Shown here: in pieces, positions 61,517-64,000 of the stretch
Layout: each line of letters begins with the position of its first letter
Numbering within the stretch: position 1 is the first letter of the stretch
The notes under the pieces: generated by a model
The model's database searches: none
What the model was told of the DNA's origin: nothing
The model's input: only the letters and a program-made list of their open reading frames with translations
From: Candidatus Aenigmatarchaeota archaeon
GTDB lineage: Archaea; Aenigmatarchaeota; Aenigmatarchaeia; CG10238-14; SCSR01
Direction of reading: 5' to 3'
NCBI GenBank assembly: GCA_038999725.1
Contig: JAWBWS010000004.1
Coordinates: 10,296 to 74,295 of the forward strand
DNA length: 64,000 nt
Translations under genes and position numbers: made by a program

Positions 61517-61693
61517 TACAAAATACAACTTATTTATTTGCCGGTGTCTGTATGTTTGCTTAGCTTAAGCATCGGCCTTCTTTATTTAGCGATGAGCTTG
61601 TTTTTCTTCTGATAAAAGATGAAGACGTGGACACCTTGCGAGCAATTCAACAGAATGCAACTCCTTATTAAAGAATAAGGGGTGAAGAGTGGA

Positions 61694-61754
61694 GGTTGAT
61701 GATAACATTTATTCGCCTGAAAAAAGATGAAGAGCGAACTGTCTATTTGAAACC
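61694..61754 (+). ncRNA. Box C/D sRNA candidate in the 23S leader
   Basis: GGTT/AACC terminal stem; TGATGA...CTGA...AGATGA...TTGA. Confidence 0.65.
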
Positions 61755-61793
61755 ATAAGATGACACTACCACAGGATCAAGGAGGTCACTAAG

Positions 61794-64000
<2,207 letters not shown>

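Overview
Low-GC archaeal chromosome segment. The gene content, divergent rRNAs and intron-rich tRNAs suggest a DPANN lineage, possibly Aenigmarchaeota (inference). It carries housekeeping genes (hef 5' part, dph6, iscSU, rpl18e, rpl13, rps9, rpoN, rpoK, argS, glmS, dys, two adenylate kinases, thiI, hppA), a ~17 kb glycolysis/glycogen cluster inserted in the ribosomal-protein operon, and four pseudogenes. RNA genes are five tRNAs (four with BHB introns, two of them with three introns each), a complete 16S rRNA with four BHB introns and the 5' two-thirds of a separately located 23S rRNA with one intron. Two candidate novel systems stand out. (1) Five ORF-less introns appear to encode modification-guide RNAs aimed at their own host RNA: a full box C/D RNA in an intron between 16S A1492 and A1493, an H/ACA RNA in the 16S ~1197 intron, and a shared minimal 'antisense-T-boxD'-loop-boxC'' module in the tRNA-Met, 23S-1927 and 16S-801 introns. 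(2) A compact divergent module encodes an AEP primase-polymerase, a catalytically degenerate family-B polymerase and a large PD-(D/E)XK nuclease-like protein around a palindromic bidirectional promoter. All calls were made by eye from motifs. E. coli rRNA numbers come from manual alignment to remembered consensus sequences and may be off by one or two.
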